Assembly (NCBI GenBank): GCA_963693365.1
Contig: CAVNZM010000011.1
Coordinates: 186,001-250,000, forward strand
DNA from: Amoebidium appalachense
Lineage: Eukaryota > Protista > Ichthyosporea
Direction: 5' to 3'
DNA: 64,000 nucleotides
Shown piece after piece: positions 14,219 through 26,150 of this stretch. A program made the translations under genes and the position numbers. Numbering within the stretch: the stretch's first letter is position 1; each line of letters opens with the position of its first letter. Below the pieces are notes generated by a model. That model did not search any database. It saw nothing but the letters and a program-made list of their open reading frames with translations, and was not told the origin of the DNA.

Positions 14219-14425
14219 ACCACACACACACACACATTGCCATTTCCCCAACAGCCGGCACCATGCCACCAGCACGTATCGACCCGCATCCAGGCACTTC
14301 TGGAAGCATCCACACCCACGTGGCTGCCACGTGAGACTGGGCTGGTGGCTGGGGCAGTGGCCGTCTACACACTGGCAATGACGGTGGCAAGACACTGGGC
14401 CAATGAGGGGGTCTATCCCGTTTAA
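2204..14425 (+). CDS. Multi-exon long coiled-coil protein with 14-aa tandem repeats and a predicted C-terminal transmembrane anchor
   Basis: Candidate exons with GT/AG ends at 2204-2253, 3356-3416, 3670-3759, 4417-4485, 9097-9132 and 10100-10200 join in frame. Further exons lie at ~10728-10868, ~10946-11124, ~11217-11276, ~11821-11956, ~12779-13827 and 14255-14425 (not all junctions checked). Products are E/Q/R/L-rich heptads (EADVARLECECEELRQQLGEAK; WEEERAAREQMEREW). The last exon encodes GLVAGAVAVYTLAMTVA then RHWANEGVYPV*. Confidence 0.65.
4870..8900 (+). mobile_element. Penelope-like retroelement (Chlamys/Naiad-type), 5'-truncated, in an intron of the coiled-coil gene
   Basis: PLE-type RT ORF followed by ~2 kb of non-host sequence with poly-C/T tracts, between host exons 4417-4485 and 9097-9132. 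Boundaries are approximate; no TSD was identified. Confidence 0.75.
4930..6829 (+). pseudogene. Penelope-like reverse transcriptase, frameshifted, no C-terminal GIY-YIG endonuclease
   Basis: ORF 5243-6829 has DKASN, KMHK..FRFI, FDFSTLYT, QDIGIPMGTNCAVFLANFYL and RYIDD, plus thumb motifs YLDL and TTIYNK. An upstream segment in another frame (5010-5279) encodes CPC..HPQHGHVLT..GTKFR. There is an in-frame TAA at 4962 and a frameshift near 5240-5280. Confidence 0.88.
9445..9820 (+). repeat. Dispersed repeat (~370 bp); inverted copy at ~49752-50147
   Basis: ggaatatttcagtggggcagagacagctgttccgatcctgtcc...gatagcgagtgagatgggttgacat matches the reverse complement of 49752-50147, with scattered substitutions and one short indel. 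Confidence 0.9.
13010..13310 (+). repeat. 42-bp coding tandem repeat (~7 units of (G/A)EIETHRGTIHHLE)
   Basis: Repeated gagatagagacacaccggggcactatacaccacttggagggg; each unit is 14 aa (two heptads). Confidence 0.95.
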
Positions 14426-14517
14426 CGGGGTGTTTTAATTGGTTGTTGAGTTATATGGAATGTAGGGTTAGACGGAACGAAAGGGTTGGTGCCACGGTGA
14501 CGTGGTAGGTGGTTGTG

Positions 14518-14632
14518 GTGGCCTGTTGCCTTTTGTGGGTGTTTTTCCTCGTGTTTATTTTTATTTTTCAGAAACTTGTTGAAACTAGAAAATCTAATGT
14601 AAAATATGCCTGTGTAGAGACAACATATTTAT
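14518..14632 (+). repeat. 115-bp direct repeat, copy 1 (copy 2 at 17399-17513)
   Basis: gtggcctgttgccttttgtggg...gagacaacatatttat appears identical at both positions. Confidence 0.95.
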
Positions 14633-15396
14633 CCCCCCTGTAGTCCGGATGATTCACATTGAATGTGAATCAATTTTGTGGCGCTTCTCAATTTCTACCC
14701 TGTGGTCAAAAAATACATGTTACTTAAGCAAAAACTTAGTTTTGGTAGTCAAAAAAACGCCCATATAATTTTTTTTGGGTGTTTATGTCTATATTTTTCA
14801 TGTTACTTAGAGACGTTCGAGAGGTGGTGCGAGCTCCAAACAATGTGAATCAATCTGAAAACAATGTGAATCAATTCGCGACTCACACTGGATCGCGGCC
14901 GCGCCAGCCGGGGGGGCCACGTGATCCGACATATCATACTAATTAGTGACTAAGTGACACGTGCAGCGTGCGAGGGCTTTTAATGCCGGCATGTCATAGT
15001 GCCTGCCAAATGAATAGCGTGTGTCTGTAGGTGTGTGTGTGCGCGCATGTGTGTGAGTGGGTGGGTGGGTGGGTGCCGGGTGGGTGGGTGTATGTGTGTG
15101 TGTGTGTGTGCGTGTGGCGGTGTGCACATGTGTGTACGGTGTGCGCGCGCGCGCGTGTGTGTGTGTGTGTGTGTGTTCGCAGAACGTGTGTGTGTGCGAC
15201 TATGATGTGTGTGTCATTATGGTGAACATTGGTGTGGCACTGTGTGTGTGTGTGTGTGTGTACATGTGTGCATGTGTGTGCACCGGTGTGTGTGTGTGTG
15301 TGTGTGTACATGTGTGTGTGTGTGTGTGTGTACATGTGTGCGTGTGTGTGTATGTACATGTGTGTGTGCGTGTGTGTGTGTGCAACGGTGTGTGTG

Positions 15397-15434
<38 letters not shown>

Positions 15435-15537
15435 GTGTGTGTGTGTGTATATGTCTGTGTATGTGTGTGTATGTGTGTGCACGGCCGGGCGTGTGTGTGT
15501 GTACAAGTATGTGTGTGTGTGCCTGTGTGTGTGTGTT

Positions 15538-15596
<59 letters not shown>

Positions 15597-15754
15597 CAGT
15601 GCGTGTGTACATGTGTGTGTGTGTAACAGTGTGTTGTTTGTGTGTGTGTGTTCGGTGGTTACTGTCACGGTTGGGTGATGGCAGTATCGCGTGTGTGTGG
15701 TCAGGCGGATGTTGTTGTTGTTATTAGAGAGAGGGAGGGAGGAGGAGGGGGAGG

Positions 15755-15786
<32 letters not shown>

Positions 15787-16236
15787 AGGGGGGGGGGGGG
15801 GGCAAACGTATGCACGTACTCAGCCAGGCGAGCTGCATGTTTTGCTGGTTCTTTCCCGTGTCTTATATAGTGAACAAGTGTCCAAATTTGTAGATTGCCA
15901 TAATAAATGGTCGGACATGCAGGTTTGCGTACACTTGCAATTTCACGTTCAAACAAATTTTTTATTCAATGATACAGTAACTCAGCTTGAAGCTCCTTCT
16001 AAATGTCTAAACAAAGTTTTACATAGTGTTCCGAAAAATAACTGTGATACTGGTACACTCTGATCTTAGCAACACAAGAACTTATATTTACAGTAGTAGA
16101 AGACCACGAAATTTGAACTATTAAGTGTCTTACACTTGAAATTACGTAACAATCCCTCTAACGGGTTAACTTGGGTATCATAGGCAATCCCCCCCTTCCC
16201 CCCCCCCCCCCCCCCCCCTCCCGAGCCCTCCCCCCC

Positions 16237-16270
<34 letters not shown>

Positions 16271-16337
16271 ACCACCACCACCACCACCGTGGCATCATAC
16301 ACCACCACCACACACGCATACACACACACACACAGGG

Positions 16338-16422
<85 letters not shown>

Positions 16423-16455
16423 GGCACACACACACACACACACACACACACAGGG

Positions 16456-16515
<60 letters not shown>

Positions 16516-17398
16516 CCAAAAAAAAAAAGAGGGGGGGGGGGGGGGGGGGAGGGGGGGAGGTGAAGGAAAAAACACAAGAAGAACTCTTTGGTAACAGCAA
16601 AGCCTGCAAGTGACGTGACTCTAACTTAACCAATCATTTCACACTGCGACCACCGTGTCTACTGAGGCTCGTAATCTGCCCAGTATTCAGGTGTTTTGAT
16701 ATCCTTGTTCGTGTGCCATATATCGAAGCAGGATTTGGCGTTTGGATTACTGGACTTGCGCCTGAACGTCTCTAGGAGCCTGTTTTCAATATCGTCTGCT
16801 TTGAATGTTATGTCTACTTGCTTGGGGTCAAAAATACGCCATTTCCCTGAGAGAGCGGTATCCTCTGTAGCCTCGCTGTCTTCTGTATCACTCTGTGTGC
16901 TATCGTCGGAAAAAATATTGTCAAAGAAATCCGAGTCAAGTGCCCCTGCTTCGAACCCCACACAACTGCCATCACCAAGTTCCATGCCCCCGTCCATTCT
17001 TTGTGTGCATTGTAAGAGACACCAACTACTGGTATATATCAAGGAGATGTGACATTATAACGGTGCAATTCAATCACGGGTATGGGACGATGATCTACGT
17101 GCAGCTCTTTCAAGGGACCACGGTGCGTTGCTTTGTTTACAAGAGCCAAAAAAGGCTACGTCTAAACACCATATATGGTTTTCCTTTGTGTAACAACCAA
17201 TGGTTTTCAGTCTTCGAGGGGTGTAAAGCTCAATAGATGAAACGCTGTTCAGAAGCTCATTATGAGGTAACATATTGCAAGGCAGCACACTTACATCAAT
17301 CAGTCGATTGCAATCATTGATCATTCTATGGGTTGTCGATATCCAACTTTGTGTGCCAGCACGCCCTCGCTGCGCCGCAAAGTCCATATACAACCCAT
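14633..17398 (-). mobile_element. Degenerate DNA-transposon remnant (possibly piggyBac-like) between the 115-bp direct repeats
   Basis: The left end reads ttat|CCCCCCTGTAG, with repeated aatgtgaatcaat motifs at 14660-14875. Minus-strand ORF fragment 16659-17042 has an acidic N-terminus (DSDFFDNIFSDDSTQSDTEDSE..W). A GGG|TTAA end-like motif lies at ~16165. No catalytic motif was recognised. Confidence 0.35.
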
Positions 17399-17513
17399 GT
17401 GGCCTGTTGCCTTTTGTGGGTGTTTTTCCTCGTGTTTATTTTTATTTTTCAGAAACTTGTTGAAACTAGAAAATCTAATGTAAAATATGCCTGTGTAGAG
17501 ACAACATATTTAT
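17399..17513 (+). repeat. 115-bp direct repeat, copy 2
   Basis: Matches 14518-14632. Confidence 0.95.
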
Positions 17514-17879
17514 GAACCGAGGCATCCTTATTCGTCGATGCTGTTGGTGTGAGAGTATTTTCAATACTTCAGAGTTCAAAATCCAATCGAATGTACATAT
17601 GAATCTAAGGCAGGCGTGGTGCCATGTGTTGGTGTGATAAGAACACGATGCAGCCGAGTGATATGGATGGACGGTGCACGTGCTTGATTTATTCAAAGGC
17701 CAGGGCCAGCCTAGCCTTGGTTGCACTCGGGATCTTCGAGTCACTCCCTCCATAGTCTATTCACCCTTTAGACATACCCTCAGTTATGCATCATTCACAC
17801 ACTACCTAATTCGGTACTCATAAATTGATTGTCTTGGAACACCAATTAGTCACTCCATCAGCCATGCCTCATTCACAAT

Positions 17880-18177
17880 TCAGTAGCTTCCTCAGTAATG
17901 TGTTACCTCACTTATGTCTCATTCACACTCTTTAGTAACTCTCTCAGTAATGTGTTACCTCACTTATGTCTCATTCACACTCTTTAATAACTCCCTCGGT
18001 AATCTGTTATCTCCCTTATGTCTCACTCACACTCTTCAGTAACTCCCTCAGTAATGTGTTACCTCGCTTATGTCTCATTCACACTCTTTAGTATTAGTAA
18101 CTCCCTCAGTAATGTGTTATCTCCCTTATGTCTCATTAACACTCTTCAGTAACTCCCTCAGTAATGTGTTACCTCAT
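17880..18177. repeat. ~52-bp minisatellite (~5-6 units)
   Basis: Unit ctcagtaatgtgttacctcacttatgtctcattcacactctttagtaactcc, repeated with variants. Confidence 0.9.
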
Positions 18178-18458
18178 TGGGCCGTGTGCAAACATTCGCC
18201 CCAGTGCACGTGCGTGCCTGTGCTGTGGCACACACATAGACACACATGCATAGCTACACATGCAGTCGGCTTCATTCATGCTTGCTGCAACTGTGTGCAT
18301 ACATACCCATGTTTGCAGTAACTGAATGCATGCTTCTGTTGGAGCAACTGTGTACGTACTATCATGGCATGCTTGCTGTGTCTGTGTGCACACATAATCA
18401 TGCATGCTGTAACTGACATCGAATACATTTTCATGCATGCTGTGGCCATTCACGCTAT

Positions 18459-19048
18459 CTACGTGTGGCCGGTAGTCAGCGCCCACCTCACAAAGAAGTG
18501 TTCTTCAAATGCATCCCTTGCACGGCTATTGGCAGGGTAGCATGTGCTGATGTCTGGTGCATGACCCTCCCAGCCCTCCACTGGGCCCCCTGCCGTGTGT
18601 GGTAGCCCAACTGTGGCTGCAGAATATCACATCAGTGGCGGTGTTTGCATGCTTGTGCGAATAAATCGCTACACGTGCATTATGTGTGCGCACACACGTG
18701 TGTGTGCCCCTGTCCCTGTGCATGTGCATCAAGCGTACATGTGTGGGTGTGTTTATATCTGTGTTTTTGTCGTGCATCCATATATGTGTGTGTGCAGATG
18801 TGTTTTGAGTATGTGCATCTCTGAATACACGCCACTCGGGTGCCTTCACGTGTGTTTCCATGTGTGTTCCTGTGCCTGCACTTTTCTGTGTGTGACTGCA
18901 AGTGTCTGTGTGTATGAGTGTATGCCAGCACACGGCCCCTGTGTGTGTGCCTGCACGTGTGCTTGCGCGTGTGTGTGGATGTCAGCACGATTCTCTGTGC
19001 ATGAGCCTGCACGAATATGTGGCTGCACGTGTGTGTGTGTGTGTGCCT

Positions 19049-19102
<54 letters not shown>

Positions 19103-20610
19103 GTGTCTTTCTTTTTGTGCCTTCATAAGTGTCACGGTGGGTGCCTGCACATGCATTTCTGTGGAAGAATGTGCACGTGGGTCTCTGTGTGTGGCCGTGT
19201 GTGCGCGCACAAGTGTAGATGTGAGCGTGCACACTTCCCTATGCGTGTCTGTGTGTCTAGCGCATGCCAGCACATGTGTGCCTGTGGTGTCTACCCCGTA
19301 TGTCGCCCAGCCTCCTCTCCATGGCCCCTATGGCCTCTCTCATGCCCTCACTCCGCCCTGCCAGCTGCTCCTGTGAACCCGTCTATTTTTAGCTCCAACA
19401 CAATGCCCGTGTGGCAGCACAAGTCCATCCACCACTGCACATTGCCACGCAAAACATATACTGCACTGGTGACCAGCTTAAGCCCTACTATCAGTCCCAC
19501 CAGCAGCACGTAAGGTAAATGAACCTTCTCCCCGTCTTGCAATATCCCTTAGCCTCTCTCCCCCCCCCCCCCCCCCCCCCCTCCCCCCCTTCTCCCCCCA
19601 CTCACTCTCTCTCTGCCCCTTCCCCCTTCTCCCCTCTCTCCCACTCCTTCCCTTCTCCTCTCTCTCAATGTTTCTGAGTAAAGGTTGACAGGAGACTCAC
19701 AGTCAGGGGAGGGGAGGTGTGTTTGTGTGTATGTGTGTTGGGGGGGGGGGGGGGGGGGAGGGGGGGGGGGGGGGGGGGGGGGGGGCTGTTACCAAATGTT
19801 TCTCACAGGCTACCATCCTCTCCATGATGTTTGCACGGCCAAAGCCCTCTGCTGACTTTGAACCAATAACAAGCAGGTCCTTGGTGCGCACCAGGCATGC
19901 CGCCCTGTGTCTGAGACACGTGTCCACCAATTGGCTGTCACCGTCCCTACCATATAAGGCAGCTGCATGCCCATATATGGACGCCAGGCTGGCCCAGTGG
20001 CTGGCACTGTTGCACTCGGCAAGCACCGCACACTGCCCCGCTGCCAGCTGCCCTGCAGGGAGACATGTGGTCTGTGTGAGGGATTAGGGTGGTGCCAGGT
20101 TGCGCAAGTGAGTGAGGTGGTGTGTGCAATCGGACTTGTGGTGTGCATTGGTAGTGGCTATATGGTGTGCATTGGTAGTGGCTATATGGTGTGCATTGGT
20201 AGTGGCTATATGGTGTGCATTGGTAGTGGCTATATGGTGTGCATTGGTAGTGGCTATATGGTGTGCATTGGTAGTGGCTATATGGTGTGCATTGGTAGTG
20301 GCTATATGGTGTGCATTGGTAGTGGCTATATGGTGTGCATTGGTAGTGGCCATGGTGTGCATCGTATATTTCCGTCCCCAAACACACACACAAACACACA
20401 CACACACACACACACACTCACGTCTACCCTCTCTCTGGCCCAGCACACACACACACGCACTCACTCACTCAATCACGCCTACCCTCTATCTGGCCCAGCA
20501 CACACACACACATACACCTACCCTCTATCTGGCCCAGCACACACACACACACACCTACCCTCTATCTGGCCCAGCACACACACACACACACACCTACCCT
20601 CTATCTGGCC

Positions 20611-20680
<70 letters not shown>

Positions 20681-20732
20681 ACCCTCTATCTAGCCCAGCA
20701 CACACACACACACACATACCCTCTATCTGGCC

Positions 20733-20816
<84 letters not shown>

Positions 20817-21051
20817 CTTACCCTCTATCTGGCCCAGCACACACACACACACACTTACCCTCTATCTGGCCCAGCACACACACACACACACACACTTACC
20901 CTCTATCTGGCCCAGCACACACACACACACACACACCCTCTATCTGGCCCAGCACAACACACACACACACACACACTTACCCTCTATCTGGCCCAGCACA
21001 CAAACACACACACATACCCTCTATCTGGCCCAGCACACGCACACGCACACG

Positions 21052-21120
<69 letters not shown>

Positions 21121-21301
21121 CCTCTATCTGGTCGAGCACACACACACATACACATACCCTCTGGCCCAGCACACACACACACACACACAAACACACAAAC
21201 ACATACCCTCTATCTGGCCCAGCAAACACACACACACACACATACCCTCTATCTGGCCCAGCACACACACACACAGACACACACCTACCGTCTATCTGGC
21301 C

Positions 21302-21342
<41 letters not shown>

Positions 21343-21358
21343 CCGTCTATCTGGGCCA

Positions 21359-21411
<53 letters not shown>

Positions 21412-21425
21412 CCGTCTATCTGGCC

Positions 21426-21470
<45 letters not shown>

Positions 21471-22029
21471 CCCTCTATCTGGCCCAGCACACACAGACAC
21501 ACACAGACACACACACACACACACCTACCGTCTATCTGACCCAGCATGTGGTGGGCAGTGGCCAGTAGCTGCCACGTGGCTGCCTCTTTTGCCTCAAACC
21601 CCTGCACGTGCAGGGTTAGAACCCGCAGACACTGACACATCTTGCAACCATCCCGTTAGCACCCTTACCCACTAACAATTGGTGTTGCAATCCCGTTAAA
21701 ACCGTCCCCACTAACAATTGGTGTTGCAATCCCATTAGAACCCTCCCCACTAACACATGTTACAATCAGGGTTAGAACCATCACGCATTAACAAACCCGA
21801 TGAGAACCCACCTCCCGGGCATCCGCGGTAATATTATTGGAACCCTCACCCTCGAGCCCATCCCCGCAAATCCCAACCCCGTAAAATATCCCTTCCCCAA
21901 CATCAGTTACCGCTATCCGCCTCCCCTCCTGCCTTCCACCCGCTCCCCCGCGTCCTCCCCCCCCCTCCCTCCCCCCCCCCTCCTTCAAACAAAAAAAAAA
22001 AGAAAAAGAAAGAGAAAACGAAAAAAGAG

Positions 22030-22108
<79 letters not shown>

Positions 22109-23110
22109 CCTTATCACCCCCCACCAGCCCCACCACTTATCCACAAACAGCATGCATCATCTGCATACAGACGAACACTACACCCTCACTTCATATCCCA
22201 TCTACCCACCCAACATCCCGCCCAAAACCGAAAGACGCGCGCACACACACACACACACACGCACAAACACGCGCACACGCACATACACACACACAACACA
22301 CCCTCGCCCCTCGGCGCCTCCCCCAACCACACACACACATACAACACGCACACGCACACACTCAGGCACACACACAAGGGCTAACAGGGGGCCAAATGCC
22401 TTCCAAGAAAAGGCACATGGCAGAAAGGGGGGGCATGCAGACATACGGCAGTGAGAGCCAGGTCGATGGCTGCCTGAGGCTGGTCAAGAGCAATGTAGCA
22501 TCGCACAGCAACACCCAGCATCTGGGGGGACAGAGTATACGTGTTTGCTCCAAGACTAACAGCCAATCCTAGCACCAAACATCTGGGGGGACAGAGTATA
22601 CGTGTTTACTCCATGACCTACAGCCAATCCTAGCACCAAGCATCTGGAGGGGCAGAGTATACGTGTTTACTCCATGACCTACAGCCAATTCTAGCACCCA
22701 GCATCTGAGGGGACAGAACATGTGTTTGCTGCATGACCGCATGACCTACAGCAATTCCTAGCACCAAGCATCTGGGGGAATAGAGAGCACGTGTCTATTG
22801 CAAGTCCTACAGCCAATCATAGCACCCGGCGTCTGGGGGGACAGAGATCACGTGTTTGCTGCATTGCCTACAGCCAATCCTAGAGCCACGACACCACCAT
22901 AGCACGCACGGCACGTCTTGCCGTGTGCCCACAGCTCACTGCTAATATCAGTCGGCACGGAGCAACCCACAGGCACACAAACAATACATGCTGCAACCCA
23001 CGTGTGCCTGGGAGCAAGAAACACATGAACTGTGAACGAATGCACACAAGCACGTAGACACATGCAGCGGCACGCTAAGGCAGATGTGGGTGTAGGGGCG
23101 TGCGCGCGCT

Positions 23111-23142
<32 letters not shown>

Positions 23143-23397
23143 TGCTTGTCCAGCACAAGTGTTCCGGTCGATTTGATCAGCGGTCGGCACAGTTCAAGTG
23201 CCTGTTAAAACAAGAGTGTCAGCAGGGGTGCACGTGTCCGGGTCACAGGTGTGTGTGTGTGTTGAGAAAACCGGGGGTGGGGAGGGGGGGGGGGGGGGGG
23301 GGGGGTTCTCTTGTGGCCTGGGAGGACTAAGATGAAAATACTGAGAGGGTTGCTTCATATGCTGGCCTGCGCATGGCAGGCCCAAGTGCCGTTCGTG

Positions 23398-23463
<66 letters not shown>

Positions 23464-23646
23464 ACCTTTGCATGGTCCCCCCTGTAGTAGGCCAAGTCAA
23501 TCATGTGGCGTTGCTCTTCCAGGCCATCCACGCCTGCATACCACTGCCACGTGATGTTAGCACGTGCATGGAAGGCGTAGCTGCATAGGTGAGAGTCTTC
23601 TTTCTTTTTCTTTTCTTTTGCATTTCTTTTTTTCTTTTCTTTTTTT

Positions 23647-23677
<31 letters not shown>

Positions 23678-24926
23678 AGGGGGGAGAGGGGAGCAACAGG
23701 AAGGGAAGTAGGCGAAAGAGGGCGAGAGGAGAGAGGACAAGGGGCACATGCTTTATCCGCTGCATATGCAGGTACATACGCTAGGATGCACACCTGATCA
23801 TTCCAAAGGAACTTTATCTCTCTCATTCTCTCTCTTTCTCCCCCCCCCCCCCCCCCTCACTCGCTCTCTGTGCCTCCCTCTCTCCAACCTACCTCCCTTT
23901 CGCCTTCCTCTCCGTCCTCCTCCACGACCCCATCACATCTTACAGCCTCCTTCTCCCCTACCCTACCCTCCCTCCATTCTTCCCAATTCGCCCCCCTCGT
24001 CTTCCCAACACCAAACCACACCTTGTTCAAACCCCTCTCCCTCAGTTGGCTCGCCTAACCACTTCAATCCTGTCCAGTACCCACAAGTCCTCAATCTTTT
24101 TTCTTCCTAAGCAAGTATGGCATCCTTCGCTCACCCACACTATCACCACCTTTCCCGCCCAACCAGAGGACCCTTCTGCCTTAGCCGGTCACTCTTTCTC
24201 TCCCCCCTCCCTCCCTTCGTCTCTCAGAGTCTCACTCACCTCCCCCCCCCCCCCCCTAAACAGACACACACACACACACACACACTCAGTCTCTCTTTAT
24301 CTCTCCTTCTCCCTAACTCGTTCTCTCACTCTTCCTCTTTCCCTCGCTTCCCCTCGCTCCCTCCCCCTCCCCCCCCCTTCTCCCCCACCCTCCTCCCCCC
24401 TCCCCCCGTCCCCTCCCCTCCCCCCCCACCCTCTCTCTCTCCCTCTCTCCCTCCCTCCCCCCCCCCCCCCCCTCTCTCTCCTTTCTCTCCCTCCCCCCTC
24501 CCTCACCCCCTCCCCCTCCCTGCGTCCCCTCCTCTCCCTCCCTCTCAACCCCTCCCTCTCTCTCTTTCCCTCTCTCCCTCCCTCCCTCCTTCCATCCCTC
24601 TCCTTATCCCCCTCTCTACCCTCCGTCCCCCCTCTCTCTCCCTCCCTCCCCTCCTCCCTCACTCCCTCCCTCACTCCCTCACTCCCCACCCCACCCCACC
24701 TCCCCCGTCTGTCCCCCCTTCCCTCCTCCTTTTCTCCGTCCCTCCCTCCGTCCCTCCGTCCCTCCCTCTATCCCGCCGCTCCGCCTCCTGTTGCACGCAC
24801 CCTTGCCTCGACGTATTTAGCAACATAGTCCGTGCTTGCGCCCTGAGTGTGTGCCCTGACCCTCTGCTCTCCAAACAGACTGTCGTCGTCACCCCCCCAC
24901 TCTCCAAACCCGGGCAGCTCGTCCAT
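18459..24926 (-). CDS. C8orf76-like TPR/helical protein, multi-exon
   Basis: Exon peptides [103 protein letters not shown] and AFEEHFF..*. These follow, in order, motifs I recall from metazoan C8orf76 (FGGEFEDSVF, YCAKLCEPQWF, DLAYRRQEY, ASFIRTRLLL, FEDKWF). Internal splice sites are approximate. Confidence 0.7.
20139..20361. repeat. 24-bp intronic minisatellite (~9 units)
   Basis: tatggtgtgcattggtagtggcta repeated near-perfectly. Confidence 0.95.
20424..21546 (-). repeat. Array of >20 copies of a ~21-bp motif separated by variable (CA)n; the motif is the exon end plus donor site of a C8orf76-like exon
   Basis: taccctctatctggcccagca + (CA)n. On the minus strand it reads tgctgggccagatagag/cg|gtaggtgtgt, and the copy at ~21525-21546 is continuous with the exon (..HHMLGQID). 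Confidence 0.9.
22513..22885 (-). repeat. ~62-bp tandem repeat (~6 units) spanning an intron acceptor/exon start
   Basis: Unit cagccaatcctagcaccaagcatctgggggacagagtatacgtgttt...; on the minus strand it contains ctctgtcccccag|atgctg, the acceptor of the MLGVAVRC exon. Confidence 0.85.
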
Positions 24927-25209
24927 GGTGCTCTGTGTATGGTTTGACGTGCTTGCTCGTATGTGGCAGCCACGGATGCCGTTCCACTTTCCACCTACGA
25001 TACCGTCCCTGCGTACAAGCCTTGGCCTTTCAGCTTCAAGGAGCAAGAGTCCAGTTCCTTCAAAAGTTTCAAAGTTTCGTTCGAACGCATGACATACGCA
25101 CGAACGCAAAATTTGTGGCCAGGTTGCAAAAACAATTTTTGACCAATGGGTGCAAAGGAAGCATGTGATTGGTGCGATAAAGCAGGAATGTGGCCCATTA
25201 CGTCACTTT

Positions 25210-25675
25210 TCTGTCATGATTGTCCGCACACCCCTGCCCGGACCGGCGTTTTTTTGTAGCTCGAGATAAATTCATGTGGCTGTGTTCGACCCGTGCGAGA
25301 TAGCCTAAATTCGGTGGGGCTCATGTACGAAAGGGCGGGCGCCCCAAGGACTTTCCGGGGCTAGAGTAGCCACCGTGTACGCCCAACGTTAACTTTGCGT
25401 TTGTTTGCTACTCGAAAACTGATGCTTAGCAGAACTTCAGCCCCAGTATCACAGAGATGAGAGAGGGGGTGCTCTGGGTAAGACCGAGACAGAGAGACCG
25501 GCTGAGATAGACTCCGGAGGGAGGATTCGAAGGATCTTCAGAGGGAGATCTGAGAGCTTGATAGAGCCGAGAGAGAGATTCGAGAAGAGATTCTCAGTGT
25601 GCGTGTTTGTGCCTGTGAGTTGAGCGTGTGTGTGTGTGAGGCTGGGCGGGGGGGGGGGGGGGGGGGGGGGGGGGG

Positions 25676-25712
<37 letters not shown>

Positions 25713-25744
25713 GAGGGAAGGCGAGAGGGAAGGCGAGAGCGAGC

Positions 25745-25841
<97 letters not shown>

Positions 25842-25880
25842 GGAGAGAGAGAGCCGGTGAGAGAGTGAGCCCGGAGAGAG

Positions 25881-25927
<47 letters not shown>

Positions 25928-25966
25928 GAGAGCCTCGGAGAGGGAGAGAGAGAGCCTCGAGGAGAG

Positions 25967-26025
<59 letters not shown>

Positions 26026-26083
26026 TCAGAGAGAGAGAGAGACTCCTCGCGGGGGGGGGGGGGGGGGGGGAGAAGAGAGAGAC

Positions 26084-26150
<67 letters not shown>

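Noticed and set aside
11785-14334. 849-aa ORF as a single protein
   Set aside because: It is read-through of real exons and stop-free microsatellite introns; only parts are coding.
20424-21546. CRISPR-like look (constant repeat with variable spacers)
   Set aside because: The spacers are only (CA)n of variable length, there are no cas genes, and the context is a eukaryotic intron.
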